Shown here one piece after another: positions 13,355-21,878 of a stretch of DNA of 64,000 nt (its first letter is position 1; each line of letters starts with the position of its first letter). Below the pieces are notes generated by a model that saw only the letters and a program-made list of their open reading frames with translations, made no database searches and was not told where the DNA came from. Made by a program: the position numbers and the translations under genes. Source of the DNA: Lachnospiraceae bacterium (GTDB taxonomy: Bacteria; Bacillota; Clostridia; Lachnospirales; Lachnospiraceae); contig JAGKTQ010000002.1 of assembly GCA_021153325.1 (NCBI GenBank), positions 22,774 through 86,773 of the forward strand, given 5' to 3'.

Positions 13355-14164
13355 ATGAATATTGAAATTGCAAACCGTTTGGTAAATTTAAGAAAGAGCA
13401 ACAATTTATCACAAGAGGCATTAGCTGAAAAACTTGGAATCAGCCGTCAGGCAGTCAGCAAATGGGAACGCGCGGAAGCATCACCGGATACCGATAATTT
13501 GATTTTGTTAGCCAGACTTTATGGAGTGTCATTGGATGATCTGCTTCGGACGGAAGATGAAATTCCGATGCCGGAGGAAGAGGAAAACGAAGTAGTTGAC
13601 ACGGAGGCAAAGGAAGAAGCTTCTGACAAGAACTTTGAAGAAGAAAATGATCATAAAAAGGAATATGTGCATGTGGGCTTGGACGGCATTCATGTAAAAG
13701 ATGAAGACAGTGAGGTTCATGTTGATTGGAAAGGGATTCATGTAGTCGATACCAAAAATGCTACGGATGGGCCACAGGAAGTACATATTGATAAAAACGG
13801 CGTATTTGTTGATGGAGAAAAAAAGGATGGTCATATTTTTGCTTCTCACGTAAAAGCGGAATTTCCTTTTGCAGTAATTGCTTTCATTGCCTATATTGTA
13901 TTAGGAGTTTTATATGGAACATGGGGAATTGGATTAGTGTTGTTTTTAGCAATACCAGTAGTGGAATCCTTCTTTAAAATGATCAGAAAGCGTAAAGTAA
14001 GCGAATTTAATTATGCTGTACTGACAGTCATTATTTTTCTTTTGCTTGGTTATTACAAAGGATTGTGGCATCCAGGCTGGGTGGTGTTTTTATCCATTCC
14101 GGTATATTACAGTTTGGTGGATTATTTCAGTGCGTTGTGGGCATCCAGAAAATCAAAAAGATAG
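13355..14164 (+). CDS. XRE-family helix-turn-helix regulator fused to a C-terminal multi-TM domain
   Basis: N-terminus LRKSNNLSQEALAEKLGISRQAVSKWERAEASPD is a classic Cro/C1 HTH. An acidic linker follows, then about four hydrophobic helices at the C-terminus. Confidence 0.8.
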   Translation: MNIEIANRLVNLRKSNNLSQEALAEKLGISRQAVSKWERAEASPDTDNLILLARLYGVSLDDLLRTEDEIPMPEEEENEVVDTEAKEEASDKNFEEENDHKKEYVHVGLDGIHVKDEDSEVHVDWKGIHVVDTKNATDGPQEVHIDKNGVFVDGEKKDGHIFASHVKAEFPFAVIAFIAYIVLGVLYGTWGIGLVLFLAIPVVESFFKMIRKRKVSEFNYAVLTVIIFLLLGYYKGLWHPGWVVFLSIPVYYSLVDYFSALWASRKSKR

Positions 14165-14207
14165 AAAAAGAATCCTTAATAGCGTTGGCTGTTAAGGATT
14201 CTTTTTT
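14165..14207. terminator. Bidirectional rho-independent terminator between the convergent XRE gene and queT
   Basis: Perfect 12-bp stem AAGAATCCTTAA (14168-14179) / TTAAGGATTCTT (14192-14203), flanked by an A-run on the 5' side and a T-run on the 3' side. Confidence 0.85.
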
Positions 14208-14214
14208 GTTATGA

Positions 14215-14742
14215 TTATTCCGCTTTAAAAAGTCGTTTTGCATATTTCTGTAATGTGAAAAGTAATAGCATACCTAATACACCGCAGGAAATAATCTCGC
14301 CAATACCAACTGTCACCATAAAGTACGGAATGGAGCCTTCAAATTTGTAAACATAGGACAGTACAAAAGGCACGATCACTGTATTTGCAATGATCGGTGG
14401 AAGGGGGGCAAGCCATTTGTATTTGCGTAATGCGTAAGTACCAAGCGCACCAATAAGAGTAGCAAGACTGCCAAATAGGATATCAAGTGGCATACAGCCT
14501 GTTAACAGGTTACTGATCAGACATCCCACAAATAATCCTGGAATAGCTGCTGGTGTGAAATAAGGCAGAATCGTAAGTGCCTCTGAGAAGCGGACCTGAA
14601 TTGCATAATTAGCAAGTCCAAAGGCGTTGGCTAAAAAGGTAAGCACAACGTAGATCGCAGCAATCATAGCTGCCTGCGCGATTGTACGCGCATAGGGGTA
14701 GGCGGTTCTGACAGAAGTCGCCTGAGTGGTTTGTTTTCTCAT
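14215..14742 (-). CDS. queT: Queuosine-precursor transporter QueT (ECF-type S component)
   Basis: 175-aa polytopic protein. The block AAMIAAIYVVLTF...QVRFSEALTILPYFTPAAIPGLFVGCLISNLL matches the QueT family, and a preQ1 riboswitch lies in its leader. Confidence 0.8.
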   Translation of the reverse strand: MRKQTTQATSVRTAYPYARTIAQAAMIAAIYVVLTFLANAFGLANYAIQVRFSEALTILPYFTPAAIPGLFVGCLISNLLTGCMPLDILFGSLATLIGALGTYALRKYKWLAPLPPIIANTVIVPFVLSYVYKFEGSIPYFMVTVGIGEIISCGVLGMLLLFTLQKYAKRLFKAE

Positions 14743-14751
14743 ATTTATTTC

Positions 14752-14795
14752 TCCTTTAGTTTTGTTTTAGGTGAGGAAGGTCTCGAACTCACCGT
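14752..14795 (-). promoter_or_regulatory. preQ1-I riboswitch in the queT 5' leader, predicted to sequester the SD (translational control)
   Basis: The minus strand reads GGUGAG-UUCGAGACCUUC-CUCACC-UAAAACAAAACUAAAGGAG, then 8 nt, then AUG. This is a 6-bp P1, a loop starting UUC, and an A-rich tail ending in ACUAAAGGAG. It has the same layout as the B. subtilis queC aptamer AGAGG-UUCUAGCUACAC-CCUCU-AUAAAAAACUAAGG. Loop CCUU can pair with the SD AAGG. Confidence 0.65.
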
Positions 14796-14813
14796 TTTTA
14801 CTTCAACCGTTTC

Positions 14814-14841
14814 AGTATAGCACGATAAAAGGGATTGTCAA
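14814..14841 (-). promoter_or_regulatory. Sigma-A type promoter for queT
   Basis: Minus strand: TTGACA (14836-14841), 16-nt spacer, TATACT (14814-14819). Confidence 0.6.
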
Positions 14842-14898
14842 GGCAAGGATTTATGCTAAAATGAACTTTAGCAAATAAATTACAAAAGGAGAAAACCC

Positions 14899-15315
14899 AT
14901 GAAGAAATTTATGAAAGAATTTAAAGAGTTCGTCAGCCGTGGTAATGCCATGGATATGGCGGTAGGTATTATCATCGGTGGTGCATTCACAAGCATTGTG
15001 TCTTCCCTGGTAGAAGATATTATTAATCCAATTTTAGGGATTTTTGGTGGGATGAATTTTGACCAGCTGAGTATTACCTTGATGGGAAATGCCACATTGA
15101 ACTATGGAAAATTCATTACAGCAGTCATCAATTTTATCATAATGGCATTCATTGTTTTTCTGATCGTAAAAGTCATGAATAGTGCTTCCACACATTTTTC
15201 CAAAAAGAAAGAAGAAGCACCAAAAACAAAAAAATGTCCATTTTGTAAAACGGAAATTGATATAGAAGCAATCAGATGTCCACATTGTACATCTATGCTG
15301 GATGAGAAAAAATAG
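14899..15315 (+). CDS. mscL: Large-conductance mechanosensitive channel MscL with a C-terminal CxxC...CxxC zinc-ribbon tail
   Basis: KEFKEFVSRGNAMDMAVGIIIGGAFTSIVSSLVEDIINP is the MscL TM1 signature. The tail is KKCPFCKTEIDIEAIRCPHCTS. Confidence 0.9.
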   Translation: MKKFMKEFKEFVSRGNAMDMAVGIIIGGAFTSIVSSLVEDIINPILGIFGGMNFDQLSITLMGNATLNYGKFITAVINFIIMAFIVFLIVKVMNSASTHFSKKKEEAPKTKKCPFCKTEIDIEAIRCPHCTSMLDEKK

Positions 15316-15345
15316 AGAGCTGGATTATTCCAGCTCTCCTGTTTT
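15315..15345. terminator. Bidirectional terminator shared by the convergent mscL and prs genes; it overlaps the last prs codons
   Basis: 9-bp stem GAGAGCTGG (15315-15323) / CCAGCTCTC (15330-15338) with a 6-nt loop. A T-run follows on the + strand (CTGTTTTAT) and on the - strand (CTATTTTTTCTC). Confidence 0.6.
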
Positions 15346-16512
15346 ATATTTGGATACGATCGTCTGAATACGCTCACTTGGATTGAGTAGATCACTGATG
15401 GAAGAATCGTGATTCAAAGTATCAATGATGTAAGCGATGTATTTACTCATATCACAGTTAATGTACCATTCACGGCTTAATAAATCTGGTGTCTGATAAA
15501 TTAAGTTTGTAGTAAGAACTCGGTCGATCAAGCCTTCTTCATAAGCTTTGTCAAATTTATCAAGACCATTTGTAAATAATCCGAAAGTAGAGAAGACAAA
15601 AATCTTATTTGCTTTACGTTCTTTTAATGCAGCTGCAACTTCCAGTACACTTTCACCAGAGGAAATCATATCATCAATGATGATCATATCTTTACCTTCT
15701 ACACTTGTACCTAAAAATTCATGTGCAACAATTGGGTTACGTCCGTTCACAATTTTAGTATAGTCTCTTCTCTTATAGAACATACCCATATCAAGACCAA
15801 GTACGTTTGCAATATAGATTGCACGGCCCATACCACCTTCATCCGGGCTGATGACCATCATGTGATCAGAATCAATCTGAAGACCTTTTACATTGCGAAG
15901 AAGTCCTTTGACGAACTGATATGCAGGCTGTATTGTTTCAAAACCATTTAGAGGAATTGCATTTTGAACACGTGGGTCATGAGCATCAAAAGTGATGATA
16001 TTATCTACACCCATGTGTACTAATTCCTGAAGTGCAAGAGCACAGTCTAAAGATTCGCGTGAAGTTCTCTTGTGCTGTCTGCTTTCGTAAAGGAAAGGCA
16101 TAATAACAGTGATACGTCTTGCTTTACCGCCTAAAGCAGCAATAATACGTTTCAGATCCTGATAGTGGTCATCTGGAGACATATGGTTCTCATGACCGCA
16201 TAAAGAATAAGTCAGGCTGTAATTTGCAACGTCTACTAAAAGATAAAGGTCTGTACCACGTACGGATTCTAAAATAACACCTTTTGCTTCACCAGAACCA
16301 AAACGCGGAACCTTTGCATTCAAGATATAGGAATCTCTCTGATAACCAGAGAATGCAAGACTGTCCTTGTGTTCGCTTTCTCTTTCGGTTCTCCATTTTA
16401 CAAGATAATAGTCAACTTTTTCACCAAGGGATTTGCAACCCTCTAAAGGAATCATACCTAAAGAACCAACAGGTATTGTTTCTAGATTTCTTTTCTCTTC
16501 ACGTTTTGCCAT
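15325..16512 (-). CDS. prs: Ribose-phosphate pyrophosphokinase, long (395 aa) form
   Basis: PRPP-binding loop MIIIDDMISSGESVLE plus conserved Prs N-domain blocks (ITVIMPFLYESRQHKR, DAHDPRVQN). Confidence 0.85.
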   Translation of the reverse strand: MAKREEKRNLETIPVGSLGMIPLEGCKSLGEKVDYYLVKWRTERESEHKDSLAFSGYQRDSYILNAKVPRFGSGEAKGVILESVRGTDLYLLVDVANYSLTYSLCGHENHMSPDDHYQDLKRIIAALGGKARRITVIMPFLYESRQHKRTSRESLDCALALQELVHMGVDNIITFDAHDPRVQNAIPLNGFETIQPAYQFVKGLLRNVKGLQIDSDHMMVISPDEGGMGRAIYIANVLGLDMGMFYKRRDYTKIVNGRNPIVAHEFLGTSVEGKDMIIIDDMISSGESVLEVAAALKERKANKIFVFSTFGLFTNGLDKFDKAYEEGLIDRVLTTNLIYQTPDLLSREWYINCDMSKYIAYIIDTLNHDSSISDLLNPSERIQTIVSKYKTGELE

Positions 16513-16544
16513 GAAAAGGCCCTCACTTTCTGTAAGATACTTGT

Positions 16545-17522
16545 TTATAGTGTATTATTTGTAGTTTTAAAAAGCTTCTTAAGTCTGATGTCCGGTCCGG
16601 ACAATCTGCAGACTGTGTAATTACTGGTAATTCTTGAGAAGATCCTGTCGGAATAACGATCCCGTAATTCCTCTAATGAAAGATTCGTAGAAATTATTGT
16701 TGATTTCTTGCGAATGTGTCTTTCGTTCAAGCAGGAAAAAAGCTGTGATGTAACAAAGCTGTTTGTTACTTCTGTGCCCAAATCGTCAATAATTACCAAA
16801 TCACAATTATATAAGTCTTCAAAGGCGTTGTAAAGGTTTTCTTTATTTTTATAGTCAAAAGAATATCTGGAAAGAAACTCAAACAAGCCAATTGAGCTAA
16901 AATAAATGATAGAATGACCGGTTTCGATCAATTCTTTGGCAATGCAGCTTGAAAGGAAAGATTTTCCACAGCCTACTGTGCCAAAGAAGAGAAGATTGTC
17001 GTAATCTTTATCAAAGCTTTGAATAAAAGATTTGGAGACATCAACTGCTCTATTGAAAGAATTTAAATCTTCCCCGGAATAGTATTCATAAGAAAGATTG
17101 GAAAAATTCTCGGTTTTTAACATTTCATGAATATTTGACTGTTCGTAAAGAATGGAGATCATCTGTTGCTTGAAACAGTGACATTTCTCGCCATTGATAT
17201 AACCAGTGTCTTTACAGTCAGCGCAATCGTATATTGGTTCGAGATAATCGGCAGGAAAGCCGGCAGAAACTAAAAGTTGTTTTTTCTTTTCGGACATCTC
17301 CCGTAATTTTGCCTTTAGTGCCGGAAGAACATCTTCATCACCGGTAAGCATGCGCCTTCCATATTCCACAGAAACAGAAGCAACAGAGGAGTCTAATGCC
17401 TGATAGCCGTCTACCTGTTTGTAGACTTGGTTTATGCGTGCATCAAGAAGATGACGATTTTTTGTCTGCCGTTCTTCATAATTTCTGAGAATAGATTCAT
17501 ACTGTGAGTTTGTAAGTGGCAA
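16545..17522 (-). CDS. DnaI/DnaC-like replicative helicase loader (AAA+ ATPase with an N-terminal Cys-rich zinc module)
   Basis: Walker A GTVGCGKSFLS, Walker B LVIIDDLGTE, N-terminal CADCKDTGYINGEKCHC. It sits immediately downstream of a DnaD-domain gene. Confidence 0.8.
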   Translation of the reverse strand: MPLTNSQYESILRNYEERQTKNRHLLDARINQVYKQVDGYQALDSSVASVSVEYGRRMLTGDEDVLPALKAKLREMSEKKKQLLVSAGFPADYLEPIYDCADCKDTGYINGEKCHCFKQQMISILYEQSNIHEMLKTENFSNLSYEYYSGEDLNSFNRAVDVSKSFIQSFDKDYDNLLFFGTVGCGKSFLSSCIAKELIETGHSIIYFSSIGLFEFLSRYSFDYKNKENLYNAFEDLYNCDLVIIDDLGTEVTNSFVTSQLFSCLNERHIRKKSTIISTNLSLEELRDRYSDRIFSRITSNYTVCRLSGPDIRLKKLFKTTNNTL

Positions 17523-17567
17523 AGCCTTGTTCCTCCTGTATATGTATTATGCGAAAACCAACGATAG

Positions 17568-18668
17568 TTATTTGCTTAAAATGGCACGTTCTATTGCATC
17601 AAAATCATAGTCGTGTTGTTTGAATTGATTGAATTTATTATTGGCAGGCTGCTTGGCAAAAGTAGCCGCGTTCTTTTTCTTTTGAAAAAGTGCATCGATT
17701 TTCTGTATGTCTGATTTGTGATGCACATCTGCAGTTTTCCAACTGGATAAAATCTTGTCCGCATATTCAAAACGATGATTTTCAGTAGCAAGAACAGTAC
17801 GTTCACAAGCTTCAAATATGACATCCGTTTCAAAACCATATTCATCGGTCCAGCGTTTGATAAATTCAACTTCTTTTGGAGTAGGAGTGTTGGATTTGCC
17901 GAGTGCATTCATAATAGCGTAGATAGTCTTGTCATATTTATGAGCATGATTTTCCGCTTCCTGTGGAGTGGTAATACCATTTTCAGCCCAGTTGAGCGCA
18001 ACCTTTTCTATGTAACGGAAATCTTTTTTTCCTCTGTCAACACAATACTGTACAAGGTAATCAATTAGATCATCGGAAAAATGAAGCTTGTCCGATAAGA
18101 AAAGAATCGTGTTCAGATCAGAAGGACTTAATGGCTTTTGTAAGTATTGCTCCATAATGAAAATAAGCTGTTCGGTAGATTCCTTATCTTTAAAAGCTTT
18201 TATCTCATCTAAACTGTAAGAAGGCTTTTCAGGAATGGAAGTTTCCTGAATAGTAGCCACTTCTTTTTCAAGTTCCTTATCAGGCACATGGTTTGCTACT
18301 AAAGATACGACCGGAGTGAGCGAAACGATTTCGCCAGTCTGTTTGGACGCTGGTTCTTCCATATGAATACCGACGAGATTTTTGGCAGAGTCATATTCTA
18401 AAGAAAGAAGATGCTGTTTTTCCCAATAGGTAAGAGCACGCAGGACGTCCTTTTCCGTATGATTGAACATGTCTGCAATATCAGAAATGCTTGTAGTCAT
18501 ATTGGCATTTGTTATCCGCAAAAGATAGAGATATATTTTCAGCTGTGCATCATTGGCATCCTTCATATATTCATCTATAAAAAGGTTGGATACCACAGTT
18601 GAATCCATATAATTATTTTTAGAAATTGTCAATTGTCCCATATCTATATCCATGCTCCTTCGTATCAA
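17568..18668 (-). CDS. DnaD-domain replication initiation protein (DnaB/DnaD-like helicase-loading partner)
   Basis: 366 aa. The C-terminal half (...YLQKPLSPSDLNTILFLSDKLHFSDDLIDYLVQYCVDRGKKDFRYIEKVALNWAENGITTPQEAE...) contains the DnaD-domain repeat pattern. It is paired with the DnaI-like ATPase. Confidence 0.75.
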   Translation of the reverse strand: MIRRSMDIDMGQLTISKNNYMDSTVVSNLFIDEYMKDANDAQLKIYLYLLRITNANMTTSISDIADMFNHTEKDVLRALTYWEKQHLLSLEYDSAKNLVGIHMEEPASKQTGEIVSLTPVVSLVANHVPDKELEKEVATIQETSIPEKPSYSLDEIKAFKDKESTEQLIFIMEQYLQKPLSPSDLNTILFLSDKLHFSDDLIDYLVQYCVDRGKKDFRYIEKVALNWAENGITTPQEAENHAHKYDKTIYAIMNALGKSNTPTPKEVEFIKRWTDEYGFETDVIFEACERTVLATENHRFEYADKILSSWKTADVHHKSDIQKIDALFQKKKNAATFAKQPANNKFNQFKQHDYDFDAIERAILSK

Positions 18669-18700
18669 TGCGTGAAAATCTTTGCCTCTAAAGCAATTGC

Positions 18701-18709
18701 ATTATAGCA
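18701..18709 (-). promoter_or_regulatory. Candidate extended -10 element (TGCTATAAT) for the dnaD-like/dnaI-like operon
   Basis: The minus strand reads TTATGCTATAATGCAATTG about 35 nt upstream of the RBS/ATG at 18668. There is no good -35. Confidence 0.35.
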
Positions 18710-18776
18710 TAAGGGTTTGAAAAAAGAAATAGCAAATTTCCCGAAAACCCTTGAAAATACTAGGGTTTTGACGATT

Positions 18777-18891
18777 TGTGGATAATGTGGATATTGTGGA
18801 TAATAGGTGGAAATAACGACAAATCAAACAAAAAATATCCACAGAAAAGTGGGGAAATGATCCCGTTACTTTTTGTGGATATTGTGGACAA
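18777..18891. promoter_or_regulatory. Cluster of six DnaA boxes (consensus TTATCCACA) between the murC 3' end and the dnaD-like gene
   Basis: TGTGGATAA 18777-18785 (perfect), TGTGGATAT 18786-18794, TGTGGATAA 18795-18803 (perfect), ATATCCACA 18835-18843 (inverted), TGTGGATAT 18874-18882, TGTGGACAA 18883-18891. The four non-perfect boxes have one mismatch each. Confidence 0.75.
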
Positions 18892-20277
18892 TTATTTTTT
18901 TAGCAAATTTTCTCCGATTTTAAGCACATCTCCGGCGCCCATAGTTATCAACAGGTCCCCGTTGATACAATTTTCTAATAAAAATTTTTCAATTTCATCA
19001 AAAGAAGGGAAATAGAAACATTCATGACCGAGTTTTTCTATTTCAGCTTTTAAAGATTTGGAACTGATCCCTAATGTGTCGGTTTCACGTGCAGCGTAGA
19101 TGTCAGCCAAAACAACATGGTCTGCAAGACTGAGAGCCTGTGCAAATTCCGTAAGGAAGGCTTTTGTCCGGGAATAAGTGTGTGGCTGGAAGACACACCA
19201 AATAGAATTATGAGGATAATTTTTTGCTGCGGACAAAGTTGCAGTAATTTCTGTAGGATGATGTGCATAATCATCTATTATAGTAACACCATGTAAGGAA
19301 CCCTTATATTCAAAGCGTCTGTTCGTTCCTGTAAAATGTGCAAGGGCATAAGAAATATCTTTATCTTCCAGTCCTAAAAGGTCAGCGATCGCAATGGCAG
19401 CCAGTGCATTGGAAACGTTGTGGATTCCCGGAACTGCAAGAGAGAAGGTTCTCTCGGTATTCTTATCGCACTTCAAGGTAAAAGTTGGGTGTCCAAATTC
19501 ATCATAGGATATATTTTCAGCATGATAATCACAGGAAGGAGAAGCACCATAAGTAATGATATGGCATGCAAGTCCGTCGATGATCTCCTGGTAATTATCA
19601 ATATCACTATTAATGATCAAAGTACCATCTGCCGGCAAAAGTTCAGCAAAGGCACGGAAAGATTGACGAATATCATTTATATCTTTAAAAAAGTCTAAAT
19701 GATCTTCTTCAATATTAAGGATAATTCCGATTTTGGGGAAAAAGCTTAAAAAACTATTGGTATATTCACATGCTTCTGTTACAAAATATTCGGATTTTCC
19801 AACACGGATATTTCCTTCTATGGACTTTAAGATACCACCGATGGATAAAGTAGGGTCGGTATCTGCACGGAGCAGAATTTCTGAAATCATGGAGGTGGTA
19901 GTTGTTTTACCATGCGTTCCGCTTATTGCGATAGGCATCTTGTAATTTTTCATGATTTGGCCTAAAAGCTCTGCACGTGAAAGAGAAGGAATATTGAGCT
20001 TTTGCATGGCAACATATTCCGGATTATCAGGATGGATTGCACTTGTATATACAACGAGGTCGATATCCTGCGTGATATTTTCTTCCTTTTGTCCGATAAA
20101 AATGTGCGCTCCCTTTTTCTCAAGAGAGTCAGTTAATGCGGACTGGTGGGCATCGGAACCGGACACTTTAAAATTTTCCGTGATAAGTATTTCGGCAAGA
20201 CCACTCATACTGATGCCGCCGATACCAATAAAATATATGTGTATTGGATGATTAAAATCTATTTGATACATTTTCAA
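18892..20277 (-). CDS. murC: UDP-N-acetylmuramate--L-alanine ligase
   Basis: 461 aa. N-terminus HIYFIGIGGISMSGLAEIL and the Mur-ligase P-loop ISGTHGKTTTTSMI. Confidence 0.93.
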   Translation of the reverse strand: MKMYQIDFNHPIHIYFIGIGGISMSGLAEILITENFKVSGSDAHQSALTDSLEKKGAHIFIGQKEENITQDIDLVVYTSAIHPDNPEYVAMQKLNIPSLSRAELLGQIMKNYKMPIAISGTHGKTTTTSMISEILLRADTDPTLSIGGILKSIEGNIRVGKSEYFVTEACEYTNSFLSFFPKIGIILNIEEDHLDFFKDINDIRQSFRAFAELLPADGTLIINSDIDNYQEIIDGLACHIITYGASPSCDYHAENISYDEFGHPTFTLKCDKNTERTFSLAVPGIHNVSNALAAIAIADLLGLEDKDISYALAHFTGTNRRFEYKGSLHGVTIIDDYAHHPTEITATLSAAKNYPHNSIWCVFQPHTYSRTKAFLTEFAQALSLADHVVLADIYAARETDTLGISSKSLKAEIEKLGHECFYFPSFDEIEKFLLENCINGDLLITMGAGDVLKIGENLLKK

Positions 20278-20530
20278 ACCTACCTTTATAAATTAATCCT
20301 TCCCCTGTATTATACGCATTATACAAATAAAAAACAACGAGGAAAGAGCGAAAAATGATTTTTTCGACGAGTCAGCATAATTAACGAATTTAAATAGAAG
20401 AATTTGTCGATTTTGTTGACAAAAAGAATGTGAAAAAAGGAATTGAATGGAATATAAGTAAAATTTGGGAAAAGAAGTGGAAAAAATATACAAAAAAAGA
20501 ATCATTAATTCAAATTTTTTGTCGTAAATA

Positions 20531-20559
20531 TTCACTTTCTGAACGCGGTGTGTTATACT
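20531..20559 (+). promoter_or_regulatory. Candidate sigma-A promoter for glgCD with an extended -10
   Basis: TTCACT (20531-20536), 17 nt including TG at 20551-20552, TATACT (20554-20559). It lies about 50 nt upstream of the glgC ATG. Confidence 0.4.
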
Positions 20560-20609
20560 GAACATACACAGATTCCGTATGTGTAGGAAGACTAGAACGA
20601 GGTGATGAC

Positions 20610-21878
20610 ATGATAAAGAAAGAAATGATTGCCATGTTACTTGCCGGAGGTCAAGGAAGCAGATTAGGGGTGCTGACTTCCAAAGTTGCAAAACCGGCAG
20701 TTTCTTTTGGCGGAAAGTACAGAATTATTGACTTCCCATTGAGCAATTGTATTAATTCGGGAATTGATACCGTAGGTGTGCTGACACAGTATCAGCCATT
20801 GCGATTAAATACTCATATTGGTATTGGTATTCCATGGGATTTAGACCGTAATATTGGAGGGGTTACGGTACTTCCACCTTATGAAAAGAGTGGCGGAAGC
20901 GAGTGGTATTCAGGAACAGCTAATGCCATTTATCAGAACTTAGCTTATATGGAAAGCTATAATCCAGAATATGTGCTTATTTTGTCAGGTGACCATATTT
21001 ATAAAATGGATTATGAAGTAATGTTAGATTTCCATAAGGCAAATAATGCGGATGTTACTATTGCCGTAATGCCTGTTCCAATCGAGGAAGCAAGCCGTTT
21101 TGGTGTAGTAATTGCAGACGAAAATAAAAAGATCACAGAATTTGAAGAGAAACCGGAAAAACCTAGAAGCAATCTCGCTTCTATGGGAATTTATATCTTT
21201 TCATGGAAAGTGTTACGGGACGCACTGATTGCCATGAAAGATCAATCAGGATTGGATTTCGGAAAGCATGTCATTCCTTATTGCCACGAAAATGGAAAAC
21301 CGATTTACGCGTACGAGTTTAATGGTTATTGGAAAGATGTAGGAACCTTAAGTTCTTATTGGGAAGCAAATATGGAGCTTATTGATCTTGTTCCTGAATT
21401 TAACCTTTACGAAGAATATTGGAAGATATATACAAAGAGTGAGATTCTGCCACCACAATACATATCCAGCGATAGTAAGATAGAGAAAAGTATCATAGGC
21501 GAAGGCTCTGAGATTTATGGGGTGGTATATAATTCCATTATCGGATGTGGCGTAGTGATCGGAAAAGGTACAGTCGTAAGAGATTCTATTATTATGAATT
21601 ATTCTACAATTGGTGAGGACTGTCAGATCAATAAAGCGATCATTGCAGAAAATGTAAACATTGCAAATAATGTTGTGACCGGAGAAGGCGAAGAAGTACC
21701 GAATGAAAAGGCAGCCCATATTTATACAGATGGACTTGTAACGATTGGTGAAAAGAGTGAAATTCCGGCAAATGTTAAAATTGGAAAAAATACGGTTATT
21801 TTCGGCAGCACTGAAATCGGAGATTATCCGGATTCTTATCTCATGAGCGGAAAAGCGTTAATTAAGGCAGGTGAATGA
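20610..21878 (+). CDS. glgC: Glucose-1-phosphate adenylyltransferase, catalytic subunit
   Basis: [45 protein letters not shown] is the ADP-glucose pyrophosphorylase N-terminal signature. The C-terminus is a left-handed beta-helix. Confidence 0.93.
   Translation: MIKKEMIAMLLAGGQGSRLGVLTSKVAKPAVSFGGKYRIIDFPLSNCINSGIDTVGVLTQYQPLRLNTHIGIGIPWDLDRNIGGVTVLPPYEKSGGSEWYSGTANAIYQNLAYMESYNPEYVLILSGDHIYKMDYEVMLDFHKANNADVTIAVMPVPIEEASRFGVVIADENKKITEFEEKPEKPRSNLASMGIYIFSWKVLRDALIAMKDQSGLDFGKHVIPYCHENGKPIYAYEFNGYWKDVGTLSSYWEANMELIDLVPEFNLYEEYWKIYTKSEILPPQYISSDSKIEKSIIGEGSEIYGVVYNSIIGCGVVIGKGTVVRDSIIMNYSTIGEDCQINKAIIAENVNIANNVVTGEGEEVPNEKAAHIYTDGLVTIGEKSEIPANVKIGKNTVIFGSTEIGDYPDSYLMSGKALIKAGE

Noticed and set aside
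16545-17522. IstB-like AAA+ ATPase as the helper gene of an IS21-family element
   Set aside because: There is no IstA transposase and no terminal inverted repeats. The protein is longer than IstB, has an N-terminal Cys-rich DnaI-type module, and is paired with a DnaD-domain gene. It is a chromosomal helicase loader.
18777-18891. Possibility that the DnaA-box cluster is the chromosomal origin (oriC)
   Set aside because: The window has no dnaA or dnaN, and no adjacent AT-rich unwinding element or 13-mer-like repeats. The flanking sequence is an ordinary coding region and promoter. I kept it as an extra-origin cluster, but only whole-genome context can settle the question.
18776-19015. 79-aa + strand ORF beginning MWIMWILWIIGG
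   Set aside because: Its N-terminus is simply the translation of the tandem TGTGGATAA/TGTGGATAT DnaA boxes, and the rest is antisense to the murC 3' end. It has no RBS and low-complexity composition.
20403-20423. Inverted repeat TTTGTC-N9-GACAAA, with TGTCGAT resembling a Spo0A box (TGTCGAA), upstream of glgC
   Set aside because: The arms are only 6 bp in a very AT-rich spacer and there is a mismatch to the 0A-box consensus. This is too weak to call without comparative data.
20293-20691. 132-aa minus-strand ORF spanning the murC-glgC intergenic region
   Set aside because: It overlaps the glgC start and promoter, is AT-rich with Phe/Leu/Ile/Ser-biased composition, and has no RBS. I treat it as spurious.
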